This document shows, piece by piece, positions 1 through 10,097 of a DNA stretch of 64,000 bases. Location: positions 1-64,000 of the IMG/VR virus record IMGVR_UViG_3300036770_002165; one strand, written 5' to 3'. Both the position numbers and the translations under genes were made by a program. Source of the stretch: a virus. Each line of letters begins with the position of its first letter. Positions within the stretch are counted from its first letter, which is position 1. The notes under the pieces were generated by a model. It was not told where the DNA came from. It saw only the letters and a program-made list of their open reading frames with translations, and did no database searches.

Positions 1-7
1 ATGCCAT
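1..7 (-). CDS. Start of next head gene, probably major capsid protein (runs off the window)
   Basis: Minus strand reads GGAGGataacaccATGGCA; lies directly after the scaffold gene in portal-scaffold-capsid order. Confidence 0.5.
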
Positions 8-46
8 GGTGTTATCCTCCGATGGATAGGTTTATTGGTTGGGTTG

Positions 47-823
47 TTAGAACCGGCCTCGTTGAGTCCGGGAACTTAGTAGCCTGTCACGCATCTTTAC
101 GTATTGATCCATCGGCATATTGCGGATATCCTCCGCGGTCAACGTTTGGTATTCCTGTTGGTTTTCCAGTGGCCCAGTTGGGGGAGCCGTAATTGGAGCC
201 CCCTTAGGACGAGCTGGCTGGCTCGCCCTCTGGATTGATTCGATTATAGCATTACTACGCTCACGAAGTACAGAAATGCTATTTTCGATCTCATCCTCAG
301 TATTCCCAGTAATTAGATCACGAAGCTCAGGAATAATAGATTCCTGCTCATCGTGAAGCCGCCGCTGCCGGTAGCTCTCTAGCTGCTGCAAATACCGCTC
401 TTTTTCGAGGAGAGCGTCCTGGGCCTGGCGCTGCTGCTCAAGCTCCGAGAACTTACGTCCCCACTCCTCTTCGACCTGGTTAATACGCTGGTTGAACTCA
501 TCTTCCTTCTTAGTAAGAAGTTCCTTAGCGGAGAGCTCTTCCATCTCACGCTGGCGGAGAAGCTCTGCTTCCTTACGGGCGCGCTCCTCGGCTTCCTTGA
601 TGGCCTTCTCGCGCTCCTGGCTTAGGATGTTCAACTGCTCTTCCATGGCCTTGACTCGGCCATCTGCGTCCTCAAGACGCTTGTACATTTTATCCTTTTC
701 CTGCTGACGGATCTTGTGGACCTCGTCCTCTGAGAAAAGCTTGGTGTTCTCCTGCTTCACCTCGGCCTGGGGGGCCGGATCTACGGGAATCTGAATACCA
801 TCTTCGATGGTTTGCTTAGCCAT
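47..823 (-). CDS. Capsid scaffolding protein
   Basis: 258 aa, E/K/Q/R-rich coiled coil, follows portal, C-terminal tail LTAEDIRNMPMDQYVKMR typical of scaffolds. Confidence 0.7.
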   Translation of the reverse strand: MAKQTIEDGIQIPVDPAPQAEVKQENTKLFSEDEVHKIRQQEKDKMYKRLEDADGRVKAMEEQLNILSQEREKAIKEAEERARKEAELLRQREMEELSAKELLTKKEDEFNQRINQVEEEWGRKFSELEQQRQAQDALLEKERYLQQLESYRQRRLHDEQESIIPELRDLITGNTEDEIENSISVLRERSNAIIESIQRASQPARPKGAPITAPPTGPLENQQEYQTLTAEDIRNMPMDQYVKMRDRLLSSRTQRGRF

Positions 824-874
824 ATCTATACCTCTGTTGGTTGGGCTTATATTGTCTGGGTTAATGCGTCGGTT

Positions 875-2572
875 TTATTCTTCGTCAGGTACACGTCGCT
901 GGGCGAACCTAGCTCCGTAAGCCTTTGCAACAATATTGTTAATCATTCCCTCAGCTGGGGACCCAACTGCTTGGGTTCCAGGGAGCGGGCCGTTACCGGC
1001 CTGAGGACCTCCTGCATTTGTTACATTAGCACCTCCGGCGGGTACCACGCTGGAACCCCCGTCTGGTCCTGGTAACAAACCTGTAGCTAACATAACAGCT
1101 TGATTGATTTGGGCCCTAAGCATGTCCAAGGCACCCTGATCAATAGCGTCATCCCGTAGCTCTTCAAATATTTCACCAAGCTTCTCTCGCGGGAACTCTT
1201 CACCAAGAGCCCGTAGAGCGCCTTCCTTAGACTCAAGTCCGAGGGCCATCTTGGCCTGTACCTCATTAAGCTTGATGAGTACGTCGACTGGGAGCGGTTC
1301 TGGCCAGTGAACCTGAACCTTGTAAGTCAATGGGTCAGCCGGGTCTAGTTGCGGCAGCGCGTCCATCTCCGGTGGCTCACCCAGTGTTGGGTTATAGGTC
1401 AGCCACTCCGGCTCGAACACCGCAGCAGTACGAATGATCAGCTCGTTAACCCGCTCAAGGCCCTTGGTGAAATGGATCCGCTTCATATGGAAACGATTCA
1501 TCATTGGCTGATACTGGATTGCTAGGGCGACACCAGAGGTATTGGACACTGGCTGGAACTGGCCTAGAGCTGTTTCGGGAACTCCTGTGATCTCGTGCAT
1601 TGCGCGCTTTAGGAAACTGATGTACTCAAGTGCCCCGGCCATTTCACCACGTGATTCCAGGTTAAACACGCTGGCATCCTTAGGCAGGCCCGCCCACACC
1701 TTCTTGGGGCCACGCTCAAGCTGGCTAGCCTTAGCGCCGGTAATGATAGTTACCGGAGCAGCGTGGTAGTTGATGATGTCCGATACTTCGGTCATCTTCT
1801 CATTAAGTTCACGGTTCAGTGGGATGATGTCCCAGATATCTGACTGCCCCCATGGGGAGGAGGAAATCGTCATGTTAGGAATGTGAACTACCGGGATCGT
1901 CCCCACTGGGTTCGGGTACTGGTCGATGAGCTCATCGTTGATGTACTGCTCAATCAGGTCATCAGTGAGGATTTCAGTAAAGGTGTAGACCTGACGAGTT
2001 CCTTCAGGAGATGTACCCCAAAAGCGGTACTTCAACTTAAACCGCAGCAGCCGGTTGCGGTCGTGAGGGTGGTACTCAGGGAAACAGTGTGAAGGGTTAA
2101 GGGGGATCACTCGAATACGTCCAGCCTGTGGCACGCCGAGGGCGTCTACGTAGGGCTCTTCGTAAGCAACCTTTACGAAACAGTCTCCCGTTACGCTAGC
2201 AAGCTGCCCCATTTCCCACAGCACATAGTGCTTAGAGTTGTCCTGTTCCCATACCTTGTGTAGCAGATGCGGGATTACCGCTTGGTTCTGTGCAGGAACC
2301 TGCCACTGCACGCCCTTACCAAAGCAGAAGTTTGTGATGTAGTCCGACATTGTCCGGACGTAGTTCATCGTGATGTTCTGCTCACCCATTTCACGGCGGT
2401 AAGACCAGTGGTGTCCGAGGTACCACGCCCAGCAGGTGGAGTACCGGTTAAGGCGAGGGCCATGTACTTCAAACTCTTCGTCCGCAAGCTCTACTAGGCC
2501 CAACGGTGAAATAGCGACCGTTAGGTCGCTGGACGAGGCTCTATAGCTTGGTGACCAGAAATCAATCGGCAT
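875..2572 (-). CDS. Portal protein (SPP1 gp6-like)
   Basis: 565 aa; motifs TGDCFVKV, IPVVHIPN..WGQSDI, SNTSGVAL, VHWPEPLPVD; downstream of terminase. Confidence 0.85.
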   Translation of the reverse strand: MPIDFWSPSYRASSSDLTVAISPLGLVELADEEFEVHGPRLNRYSTCWAWYLGHHWSYRREMGEQNITMNYVRTMSDYITNFCFGKGVQWQVPAQNQAVIPHLLHKVWEQDNSKHYVLWEMGQLASVTGDCFVKVAYEEPYVDALGVPQAGRIRVIPLNPSHCFPEYHPHDRNRLLRFKLKYRFWGTSPEGTRQVYTFTEILTDDLIEQYINDELIDQYPNPVGTIPVVHIPNMTISSSPWGQSDIWDIIPLNRELNEKMTEVSDIINYHAAPVTIITGAKASQLERGPKKVWAGLPKDASVFNLESRGEMAGALEYISFLKRAMHEITGVPETALGQFQPVSNTSGVALAIQYQPMMNRFHMKRIHFTKGLERVNELIIRTAAVFEPEWLTYNPTLGEPPEMDALPQLDPADPLTYKVQVHWPEPLPVDVLIKLNEVQAKMALGLESKEGALRALGEEFPREKLGEIFEELRDDAIDQGALDMLRAQINQAVMLATGLLPGPDGGSSVVPAGGANVTNAGGPQAGNGPLPGTQAVGSPAEGMINNIVAKAYGARFAQRRVPDEE

Positions 2573-2578
2573 GAATGT

Positions 2579-2878
2579 TTACCTGCTTCGCCGTTTCTTC
2601 TTGTCAATAATAGCAGGATTATCGAGGTAGGTTATCTTTTTAACCATACCTGAGGGGATGTGAATCACGTTGCTATAGATGTTCGCCTTATCCCTAAACA
2701 CGCAGTACGTAGATGTGAGGGTTATGTAACCTTCAAACTCAGAGGGCCAAACCCAACCAATTGTCACTGGTATTGCGGGATCTGGTTTGTAATCGTCACC
2801 AAACACCCACGTGTCGTCGCCATCGAATGCGTCTACCCACTCGACTATTGCGGCTCGTGCTAGGGGCTCCTGGTGCAT
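2579..2878 (-). CDS. Hypothetical protein (IVEWVDA family), probably leaderless start at 2878
   Basis: ORF; TATCAT 6 nt upstream of ATG 2878; the longer track ORF overlaps the upstream gene. Confidence 0.6.
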   Translation of the reverse strand: MHQEPLARAAIVEWVDAFDGDDTWVFGDDYKPDPAIPVTIGWVWPSEFEGYITLTSTYCVFRDKANIYSNVIHIPSGMVKKITYLDNPAIIDKKKRRSR

Positions 2879-2903
2879 AGGAGAATGATACCCTGGATCT
2901 GAT

Positions 2904-4043
2904 TTACTTAGTACTGTATAGTTTCCCACGGAAGAAGGCCTCCCCCCCGTGGAACGGGACCTGCTCGTACCAGAACTGCCCATCGCCCTCCTCAAAGGTC
3001 ACAACGCCGAGGCCCTGCTGCCAGTCCTCTACTACGGTCATTGGGCGGCCATCCAAATCAAGTCCGCCTTTAGTACTGGGCACGGTGCCGTCGCAGCGAG
3101 CTAGCGTACCAGGGGATGCGGCCATGACAGTCTTGGGACCGTCCCAGTCCGAGCGTGACCGCTCAGCCCACTCGCGTCGGTGAATATGGCCGTATAGGAC
3201 GCTGGTTTTCTCTGTACTAAGGTACGCGTGCGCCGTGGATCCGTTACTCCGTACTTTTGTGCCGTGGATGACCCGGAGCCGCTGGTTGATCCAGAACTGG
3301 CCAGCCGGGTAGCCTGGTACAAACTCAATGCCAAACTCGTCAAAACGACAAAGGTAAGGAACGCTGAGTACGGGCCAGCTATCTGGCGTATTGCCCTTAC
3401 GGAGAGCAAACGCAGACTTCGCATTGTCGATAACATAGTTCACCAGCCTCTCTTCGTGGTTACCAGAGAGCCAGACGACCCTGGCATGTGGAGCAAGCGA
3501 CCGGATTTGAGCACACAGTGTTGTGGCGCGGTCAATGGACGCCTGGGTCGTCAGGGCATATGCACTGCTGAGTCGGTACTTACCAAACTCAGGTAGATCC
3601 AGATTGTCTCCGACCATTACAATCAGATCTGGCTTAACGTCCTTAATGATTGAGAAGGCGATATCAATCGCCCCCTCGTCATGGGTCGGCTCCAGCTGGC
3701 CTTCTTTGTTGCGGAAGTACCCGATCTGCATGTCTGGCAAAACAACGCAAGTGCGGTAGTCAGTGGGGGGCTTTGGCTTAGCCTTTACTGGTGGCAATTT
3801 AACGGCTGGTCCCTGCTGCACTACCGGCCACTGTGGACCTGCCTCAAATGCCGGGCTGAATTGGATACCGAGAAGATCGTGGATCTCGGCTTCTCCATCT
3901 TCGTTTTTAGTAAGTGACTGGTACAGCGATACACGCTTAACTGCGCCTATTTCATCCAGCTCGATATCGTTGCGCTTGAGAAGCTCAGCTATCTTGCCCA
4001 GTGCGTATTTAGAGTTTCCAAGATCCTTTGACAAGTCACTCAC
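2904..4043 (-). CDS. Calcineurin-like metallophosphoesterase
   Basis: Motifs PDMQ, GDNLD, GNHE, IHG, GHIH in canonical order. Confidence 0.85.
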   Translation of the reverse strand: MSDLSKDLGNSKYALGKIAELLKRNDIELDEIGAVKRVSLYQSLTKNEDGEAEIHDLLGIQFSPAFEAGPQWPVVQQGPAVKLPPVKAKPKPPTDYRTCVVLPDMQIGYFRNKEGQLEPTHDEGAIDIAFSIIKDVKPDLIVMVGDNLDLPEFGKYRLSSAYALTTQASIDRATTLCAQIRSLAPHARVVWLSGNHEERLVNYVIDNAKSAFALRKGNTPDSWPVLSVPYLCRFDEFGIEFVPGYPAGQFWINQRLRVIHGTKVRSNGSTAHAYLSTEKTSVLYGHIHRREWAERSRSDWDGPKTVMAASPGTLARCDGTVPSTKGGLDLDGRPMTVVEDWQQGLGVVTFEEGDGQFWYEQVPFHGGEAFFRGKLYSTK

Positions 4044-4311
4044 ACCGGCACCTCTTTGCTACGTGTCTTGCAACAGTACTTGAGCTGATGTCGTATCCAT
4101 GCTTACGGAGAACCCCCGTAAGCCACTGCGACGAATACACTTTTGACCTTCCCGAACCGGCGTCTTCACGAATCATGTCAACAGCACGGTCGAGAGCCTG
4201 AGCCTCATCAGTGTTCATCTGCTGGCGGATCTTCGTTAGCCCACAGTCTGTCTTTCCGTCTGCGGGTACCGGGGATGTCAGGTCATCAAAAAGTGATGAG
4301 TCCTGCTCCAT
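4036..4311 (-). CDS. Hypothetical protein
   Basis: 91 aa ORF with GGAG RBS, overlaps next gene. Confidence 0.6.
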   Translation of the reverse strand: MEQDSSLFDDLTSPVPADGKTDCGLTKIRQQMNTDEAQALDRAVDMIREDAGSGRSKVYSSQWLTGVLRKHGYDISSSTVARHVAKRCRCE

Positions 4312-4562
4312 ATTGTGCTCCTACGGTTAATCTGTTTAAGCAGCTTTGCCGCTTTTAGAAGTATAGCCGTTCTTGCTTTTGTTTGTGCGCATTATCTGCG
4401 CGTCGATCTTCTTTATAAGCCTGACCAGGGTTTCTTCGTCTTCAAATCCACGAACATGCACTCGTGATAGGTACTCGCGAATCAACTGAAGTTCTCCTGC
4501 AGTCATTGTTTCCTCCTTAAGGCCGGAAGAAAACTGTAGCAGAGGTTGTCAAGTATGAACAG

Positions 4563-4589
4563 CACAAAGGCCCCCCTTTCGGGGGGCCT
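4563..4589 (-). terminator. Intrinsic terminator
   Basis: Minus strand AGGCCCCCC-GAAA-GGGGGGCCT then TTGTG; a second GNRA hairpin GAAGGGGGGC-GTAA-GCCCCCCTTC at 4628-4651. Confidence 0.7.
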
Positions 4590-4673
4590 GAACCTACATG
4601 CCGAAGCAAATAGGGGAGTGGATGTGCGAAGGGGGGCTTACGCCCCCCTTCTAGTAGCGGTAGTTGGTGTTTG

Positions 4674-5075
4674 TCAGTCGGTAACTCGCGCGATATTCGG
4701 GCGGTTCATGTGCCCACCACTACCGTAGACATATTCAAACTGAGGCATTGCGTCGCCTGACATTGAGCCCTGAACGAAGTCTGAGAGCATGGCAGGAGCC
4801 TCGATCCAGGAGGCAGAACCAACGTGGGCGCGCTCGCGCATGGTCTCCTCTGGATACTTGTAGAACATCTCTGGGTTGTTGTGGTTCATGCGCATTGGTG
4901 ATGGGGCAGTATCGGCGTAAGCTCCACGACCGAAGTCCATGGGAACGTCGGTGTCACTCTCGATACCTTCCTGGAAGCGCTGTGGTCCCCGGTTGCCCGG
5001 GATGCTTGGAGCCATTGTCCGCTCAAAGACGGGCATTCCCTTCTCAGGGAACATTGGGTTTGGAGCTACTGTCAT
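4674..5075 (-). CDS. Hypothetical protein (possibly virion-associated)
   Basis: 133 aa ORF with AGGAGG RBS, followed by terminator hairpins. Confidence 0.6.
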   Translation of the reverse strand: MTVAPNPMFPEKGMPVFERTMAPSIPGNRGPQRFQEGIESDTDVPMDFGRGAYADTAPSPMRMNHNNPEMFYKYPEETMRERAHVGSASWIEAPAMLSDFVQGSMSGDAMPQFEYVYGSGGHMNRPNIARVTD

Positions 5076-5128
5076 GTACCCTCCTAAAGGAATACGTGTT
5101 TATATGTAAAGGATAGCATCTTTTTATG

Positions 5129-6694
5129 TCACCGTCCAAAGAATGGCGACTCGCTAACCGTTATAACTGGCATTGTATCAGCTACTGACAGTGAGCAGGC
5201 GATGGCCAGGGAGTCTGGGTAATCGTCGAAGGCCCCCTTCTCATCTGGGGCGGCAGCCAACAGATAAGGACCTCTGTACACTTTCTCGAGGTCGGACATC
5301 TGCTGGTTGAACTTTTTCCATACTTTGGTACGGCGCGCCTTTGAGTGGCCAGGAACTACGATCTGGTTTCTTTGGATCAGCTCGGTAAGATGCACCCAAC
5401 GTTCGTTCTGAGCTTTTGCGTCGGACGAAACCGCGGTGACTTCTATGTTAGGCATGAGGATCTGCAGGCGTTCCGCTACAGCTCCTCCAACACCTTGAGC
5501 GTCTACACCAATTCTGTACACATCGTAGTTACGTAGGAAATCAACAATTTCAAAGTACTGTTGCTCCCACTCGGTGTTGTTGATTTCTAACCAGTTAAGT
5601 ATGCGGTGCTCATAGAAACCAAACCCATCTGGATGATCCCAGTCCACCCATACCGCAGTAACTACGGTTGAGTCGTTGGTTCTAGCAACGTCGATTCCCG
5701 CCACAATCGGTGTTCTCCACCACTGCCGCACCAGGGGCATTGAGGGGTCGTACAGCTGCCCCAACTTCTCGTCGGTGACGAACATTCCCTTCTCCAGAAT
5801 CCACTTGTTGCAGTAGGACATTTGGAATTCATCAGAGTCTTCTCCTATGCGGACCTTCTCCTTGGCGATGAACTTCGCGTAGTTTGGGTTGTACTTGGAA
5901 GCCGTGCGCCAGTCATACTCAAAATGAGCTTGACGGTGGTTGCGCTTTGCGTTGATATCCCGCCGCTTGTTGTATTGGATCATCTTATAGAAATAAGACT
6001 TGTTACGGGTAGCTGTACCCGTGAGAGTTATCGAACCGTTATTGAACGCCAACATGGGCTTGATTGACTTAGTAATCATAAACTCATCGGCCTCCTGGGC
6101 CTCATCAATGAGCACAAAATGATACGTCTTAGATTCGATCTTGGCTTTTGGGTTACAGGTCTGCATACGGCACAGAGATCCTGAATGTTTAAGGCTGATG
6201 AGGCGACCCTTGCCACGTGACCCGCCAGCAGCGGGCTTGTCATCGATCTCTGGATCAAGAAGAAAGTCCATAGCATGATCGCTGGTGAGCTTGTTGACTA
6301 TACGGCTGAACACTGTGTCAGCCTGATCCTCAACGGGAGCAAACACCCCGCACCAGAATCCTTTTTCAAACTTACCCAGCCAGGTTGGGTAGACCTTGGC
6401 CAGCTTGGGCAGGATGACCATCATGGCTGCCATGACGTTGGAAAGTACCTCTGACTTTCCCGACTGACGCGTTGCCACCAGGGTCATTTCTTCACCATCG
6501 CCAAGAACTATAGATTCGATAATGCGGTAGGCAATGGGTATCTGATAGGGGAAGAGTTTTACATCACAAAACTCTTCAGTAAAAAGAATCAGTTTAAGTA
6601 CAAGGTGGTCTACGAACTCAGCGGATGTTTCGTCAAGCTCAGTTTCTGGATGCTCAGGCTCCAGCTGGTCCTCAAGAACTAGGTCGTCCATCAC
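5129..6694 (-). CDS. terL: Terminase large subunit
   Basis: Walker A TRQSGKS, Walker B VLIDEAQ, motif III TGT, nuclease acidic residues in AGIDVA, DSTV and FDDYPDS. Confidence 0.92.
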   Translation of the reverse strand: MMDDLVLEDQLEPEHPETELDETSAEFVDHLVLKLILFTEEFCDVKLFPYQIPIAYRIIESIVLGDGEEMTLVATRQSGKSEVLSNVMAAMMVILPKLAKVYPTWLGKFEKGFWCGVFAPVEDQADTVFSRIVNKLTSDHAMDFLLDPEIDDKPAAGGSRGKGRLISLKHSGSLCRMQTCNPKAKIESKTYHFVLIDEAQEADEFMITKSIKPMLAFNNGSITLTGTATRNKSYFYKMIQYNKRRDINAKRNHRQAHFEYDWRTASKYNPNYAKFIAKEKVRIGEDSDEFQMSYCNKWILEKGMFVTDEKLGQLYDPSMPLVRQWWRTPIVAGIDVARTNDSTVVTAVWVDWDHPDGFGFYEHRILNWLEINNTEWEQQYFEIVDFLRNYDVYRIGVDAQGVGGAVAERLQILMPNIEVTAVSSDAKAQNERWVHLTELIQRNQIVVPGHSKARRTKVWKKFNQQMSDLEKVYRGPYLLAAAPDEKGAFDDYPDSLAIACSLSVADTMPVITVSESPFFGR

Positions 6695-7778
6695 GTCGTA
6701 CCTTTAGTTCTGACCACACCTCATCAATGGCACCAAGACATTTATCCACCTCTTCTGGTAGTTCGTCGTGGTCTCGCCATACGTCGTAAGACGACCCAAG
6801 TTGCATGATTAGTGAGTCCATCCACATAATCAGGTCGTGTTCGGATAGCTTGGCCACCCGAGGAATGATTGACCCCTTGAGTTCCTTTGGCTTGTTTTTA
6901 AACAGTTTCATCGCCAGTCGCCTATCTCATCTGGGTCAGAGTCTAACAGTCGGCCCTGGATGGCGTAAAGAAGACCGTCTTGGTCGTTTAACTTTTGAGG
7001 TTTTCCGCATATGCCAACCTGGAATGAGTACTTACCAAAACGTACTTGGATACCGTTACCAGTCAGCCAGGGCGCGGATGTCTGACGCATAAACCCCCTT
7101 GCGATGAGTGGTTCCCCCTTTTTACCAGTATTTTTTGTTATCCAATACAACTTGTAAAATACGTATAAATTATTCATGTTAATCCTCTACTAATAGTTCT
7201 CCGGTAAAAGTGGGGTGTAGAGACCTATACACCGACTCATCTTTCGTACCACGAAAATAGTCCCCAGAAGCAGTAATCCCCGAAGCTCCTGATGGATGGC
7301 TCGGTCCTTGTCCGATAATCCTACCCAATGAAGTGCCTGTTTTTAGTCGATCAAAATCATCGCGTAAGCGTCTTTCATACGTGTAGTACACCGAAGGATT
7401 AGATTTACGACGTCTAAAAACCACTATCAAATCTCCTATTACTGCTTCACCGCGCTTACCAGTAGGTACCCATTGAAACAACTCAACTCTGGTTGAAAGA
7501 TCCGGGCCATACCCGTAGTTTGCCGGTTTTTTATCTGGCCGCGGGCCACCCCCTGATGGGTCAACAGCCACTACCTCGGTCGGTGGGGGAAGGGGTTCAG
7601 TAGCTGTCCCTTCTGTTGTTTCAAAGCTCTCTGTGCCCTCTTCAACTACGGGTTCTGGTTCTGGGCCGTATAGTGCCTCAGCGGCTGATGGGCGGTAGTA
7701 CGGTGTGTTTTCAATAATCTCGCCTAGGCGAGTACCTAGGCCCCTAACCCTTCGGGGAGGGATGTCTTCTACAGCCAT
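6672..7778 (-). CDS. Three hypothetical proteins (6672-6911, 6908-7177, 7179-7778)
   Basis: Tightly packed co-oriented ORFs upstream of terL. Confidence 0.55.
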
Positions 7779-7780
7779 AA

Positions 7781-8914
7781 TCAGGTCTTAATAATATAGT
7801 TGACCACCAACGAGGGCTGAACGTGGGGGATTGTAGAAGCTGCGGGTAGAGAGTTAGTGATATTAGCTTCGTGTGAGTGGCCACCAGAACTGGGGATACT
7901 TAGCGTGTGGGTATGCCCCTGACTTGCATTTCCAGAAGACCCACTGTGGCTGTGGTTGTCCAGGTCTTGGGTTTGGCCCGCTAAAGATCCGGTGCCATTT
8001 AAACCGATAGGCCCAGTACCAAATCCACTCCCCGTTCCACCGATGTCAAAGAAGTTTACGGTGTGTTTGTGCTTTCCTCCGGAAAGAGAAACGGAGTGAC
8101 TATGGGTTTGACTTTGGTCTCCAGTAGTCACCTGGTCATGGGGGTGGGCACCCTGTCCAGTAAAGGTTATGCTATGAGCGTGTCCTGGTAGCTGAACTTG
8201 GTTTGTGTTTGGTGCGGGTGCTCCCCCAATCAAGGAGGTATCAGCCCTACCAACTTTTCCTCCTAAAACACCAAAGTTAGCGTTACCGGATTCAAATCCC
8301 GCTGGAACACGACCACGAAGATCTGGAACGTTAAACTGCGCGGGGTTAGTAGTTGTAGTGTAAGAAGTTCCTATGGCTGTAAACAGCGCTGAGTATGTCG
8401 ATCTTGAAATTGCTTGTCCGTCACACAAAAAGAACCCGCCAGGAAGCTCTACGCCGCTAAGGGCGGTTCCGGCAAAAGGAAGAATTGTCCCAGTTGGAAC
8501 AACGGCACCGCTGCTTGAAGACGCCGCAGCCCAACGTACACCTACTGATTGAGTGGAGTCCGCAACAAGAACAGAACCGTTAGCTCCTACGGGAAGGCGT
8601 GCGTAGGTATCTGGGCCTGCGCCGACGATCAAGTCACCAGGTGCGTCAATGGAATCTGCGGTAACTACGAATGAAGTGTCGATACCAAGAGTTGCCTGTC
8701 CAGAGGTTGCGCCTCCGGTAAGACCGGTACCTGCGATAACAGCCGTTATATCACCAGCTGCCGCTACTGGGAGGCTGTCCCAGGCAGTAATGCCGTCACC
8801 AAACTTTATGACCTTTGTGTCGCTTTCAAACCCCAGTTCGCCCTCTGCGAGAACGGGGTTAGCTGAGGACCACTCCGTCGAGGTTCCTCGGCGGAATTGA
8901 ATTCTTACGGCCAT
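7781..8914 (-). CDS. Tail fibre with Mtd_N-like N-terminus, tail-collar domain and HxH needle
   Basis: IQFRRGT..EW...NPVLAEGELG, collar PTGTILPFAG..GFFLCDG..FNVPDLRGRV, seven HxH motifs, C-terminal VNYIIK. Confidence 0.85.
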   Translation of the reverse strand: MAVRIQFRRGTSTEWSSANPVLAEGELGFESDTKVIKFGDGITAWDSLPVAAAGDITAVIAGTGLTGGATSGQATLGIDTSFVVTADSIDAPGDLIVGAGPDTYARLPVGANGSVLVADSTQSVGVRWAAASSSSGAVVPTGTILPFAGTALSGVELPGGFFLCDGQAISRSTYSALFTAIGTSYTTTTNPAQFNVPDLRGRVPAGFESGNANFGVLGGKVGRADTSLIGGAPAPNTNQVQLPGHAHSITFTGQGAHPHDQVTTGDQSQTHSHSVSLSGGKHKHTVNFFDIGGTGSGFGTGPIGLNGTGSLAGQTQDLDNHSHSGSSGNASQGHTHTLSIPSSGGHSHEANITNSLPAASTIPHVQPSLVVNYIIKT

Positions 8915-8926
8915 TGATTACTCCAA

Positions 8927-9658
8927 TCAGCCAAACATCTTCTTCCAGGTAGCAGGTCCTACGATACCATCTGCCTTGAGGCCGTTCTTGGATTGCCAAG
9001 CTTTGACCGCCTTATCTGTGGCTGCGTCAAACTTGCCCGTCTCTGGGGCCTTGACGATGGCCTGAACGAGCTGTGTAGCAGGTCCCTCCGAGCCAAGCTT
9101 CTGGGGTGTACCGGGGTACTGGAACAGCGAAGTGGTGTTCGAGGCTGGGGCAGTCTTGTATGCAGCTGGCTGTACAGCAGCAGGCTTACCACCGGTGATC
9201 TTAGCGAAGGCGTCGATGTAGTACTGGGGGTTGTCAGCGTGATCTGGGGCGATTTCAACGTGCCACCAGTCGCCGCCAGGGGTGCCAATAGTGGGCTTGT
9301 CGTAGACCTTCCAAGCGGCCCGATCACAACGCCAACCACGACCATGTGGCTTTAGGAAGTAATCGTGGATCTCCTCAATGAGGAGTATCTCAGCATTGGC
9401 GATCCAAAAGTCAACCACGGCCAAGGCCTTGTTGTAATCTCCAAAGCCCTTACCATTAGCCGCACGCCATGATAGGTCGGCAGCGCGACCAGTACCGTGT
9501 ACCGATGGCTTGCCGTTACCTCGCGCTGGGCGGATATTCCAGGTGCCGTTATTCCACACTCCATTGTTGAAGTGCTGGCATGTGAGCTTTACAAACGTCT
9601 CGGTACCGGCGCGCTTACCTGGTGCGTTCTTATCCCAACCAGTGTATTTACGTCCCAT
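8927..9658 (-). CDS. Endolysin: M15-type Zn peptidase plus C-terminal peptidoglycan-binding domain
   Basis: SVHGTGRAAD and WWHVE (LAS-type HxxxxxxD...H), C-terminal AVKAWQSKNGLKADGIVGPATW. Confidence 0.85.
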   Translation of the reverse strand: MGRKYTGWDKNAPGKRAGTETFVKLTCQHFNNGVWNNGTWNIRPARGNGKPSVHGTGRAADLSWRAANGKGFGDYNKALAVVDFWIANAEILLIEEIHDYFLKPHGRGWRCDRAAWKVYDKPTIGTPGGDWWHVEIAPDHADNPQYYIDAFAKITGGKPAAVQPAAYKTAPASNTTSLFQYPGTPQKLGSEGPATQLVQAIVKAPETGKFDAATDKAVKAWQSKNGLKADGIVGPATWKKMFG

Positions 9659-9695
9659 AAATCCTCCTTAGGTTAATTCAATAGTACTACATGCT

Positions 9696-10097
9696 CTACG
9701 TAAGTAGTGACTTAATAGTTTCTACCCATTTTACAGTATCCTCATCCCACGAATAGACACCATCGTCGGTTGGGTACGGAAAAGGCGGGTCCCACAAACA
9801 AGTGTACTCATTTAACACCCACGATGGGTATGGCTTCGGTGGTATGAAGGCGTCCCTAATTTCATCGTAGGCGTAGCCAACCCCGGCGTAGTTCTTCCGT
9901 AGCGCCTTCGATTGATCCACTGACGGCTGACCGGTCGTTGAATCGTAATGTACCCCACCCCGGGTATTGTAGGAGGTCTGCACATAACGGTCGCCAGTAC
10001 GAGCACACAACTCGGCCTCTTTACCGTCATCTTCCTGACTACCGACCGTCACGAAAATAACGATGTTTTTTTCATCAAGTTTGGCAAAATGGCTCAC
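9696..10097 (-). CDS. Tail-associated hypothetical protein
   Basis: MSHFAKLDE..QTSYNT..RKNYAGVGY.YD..RDAFIPPKPYPSW family, next to a Gly-rich gene. Confidence 0.65.
   Translation of the reverse strand: MSHFAKLDEKNIVIFVTVGSQEDDGKEAELCARTGDRYVQTSYNTRGGVHYDSTTGQPSVDQSKALRKNYAGVGYAYDEIRDAFIPPKPYPSWVLNEYTCLWDPPFPYPTDDGVYSWDEDTVKWVETIKSLLT

Noticed and set aside
7781-8914. Mtd-like N-terminus as sign of a diversity-generating retroelement
   Set aside because: Only the N-terminal anchor is shared; no reverse transcriptase or TR/VR repeat pair seen
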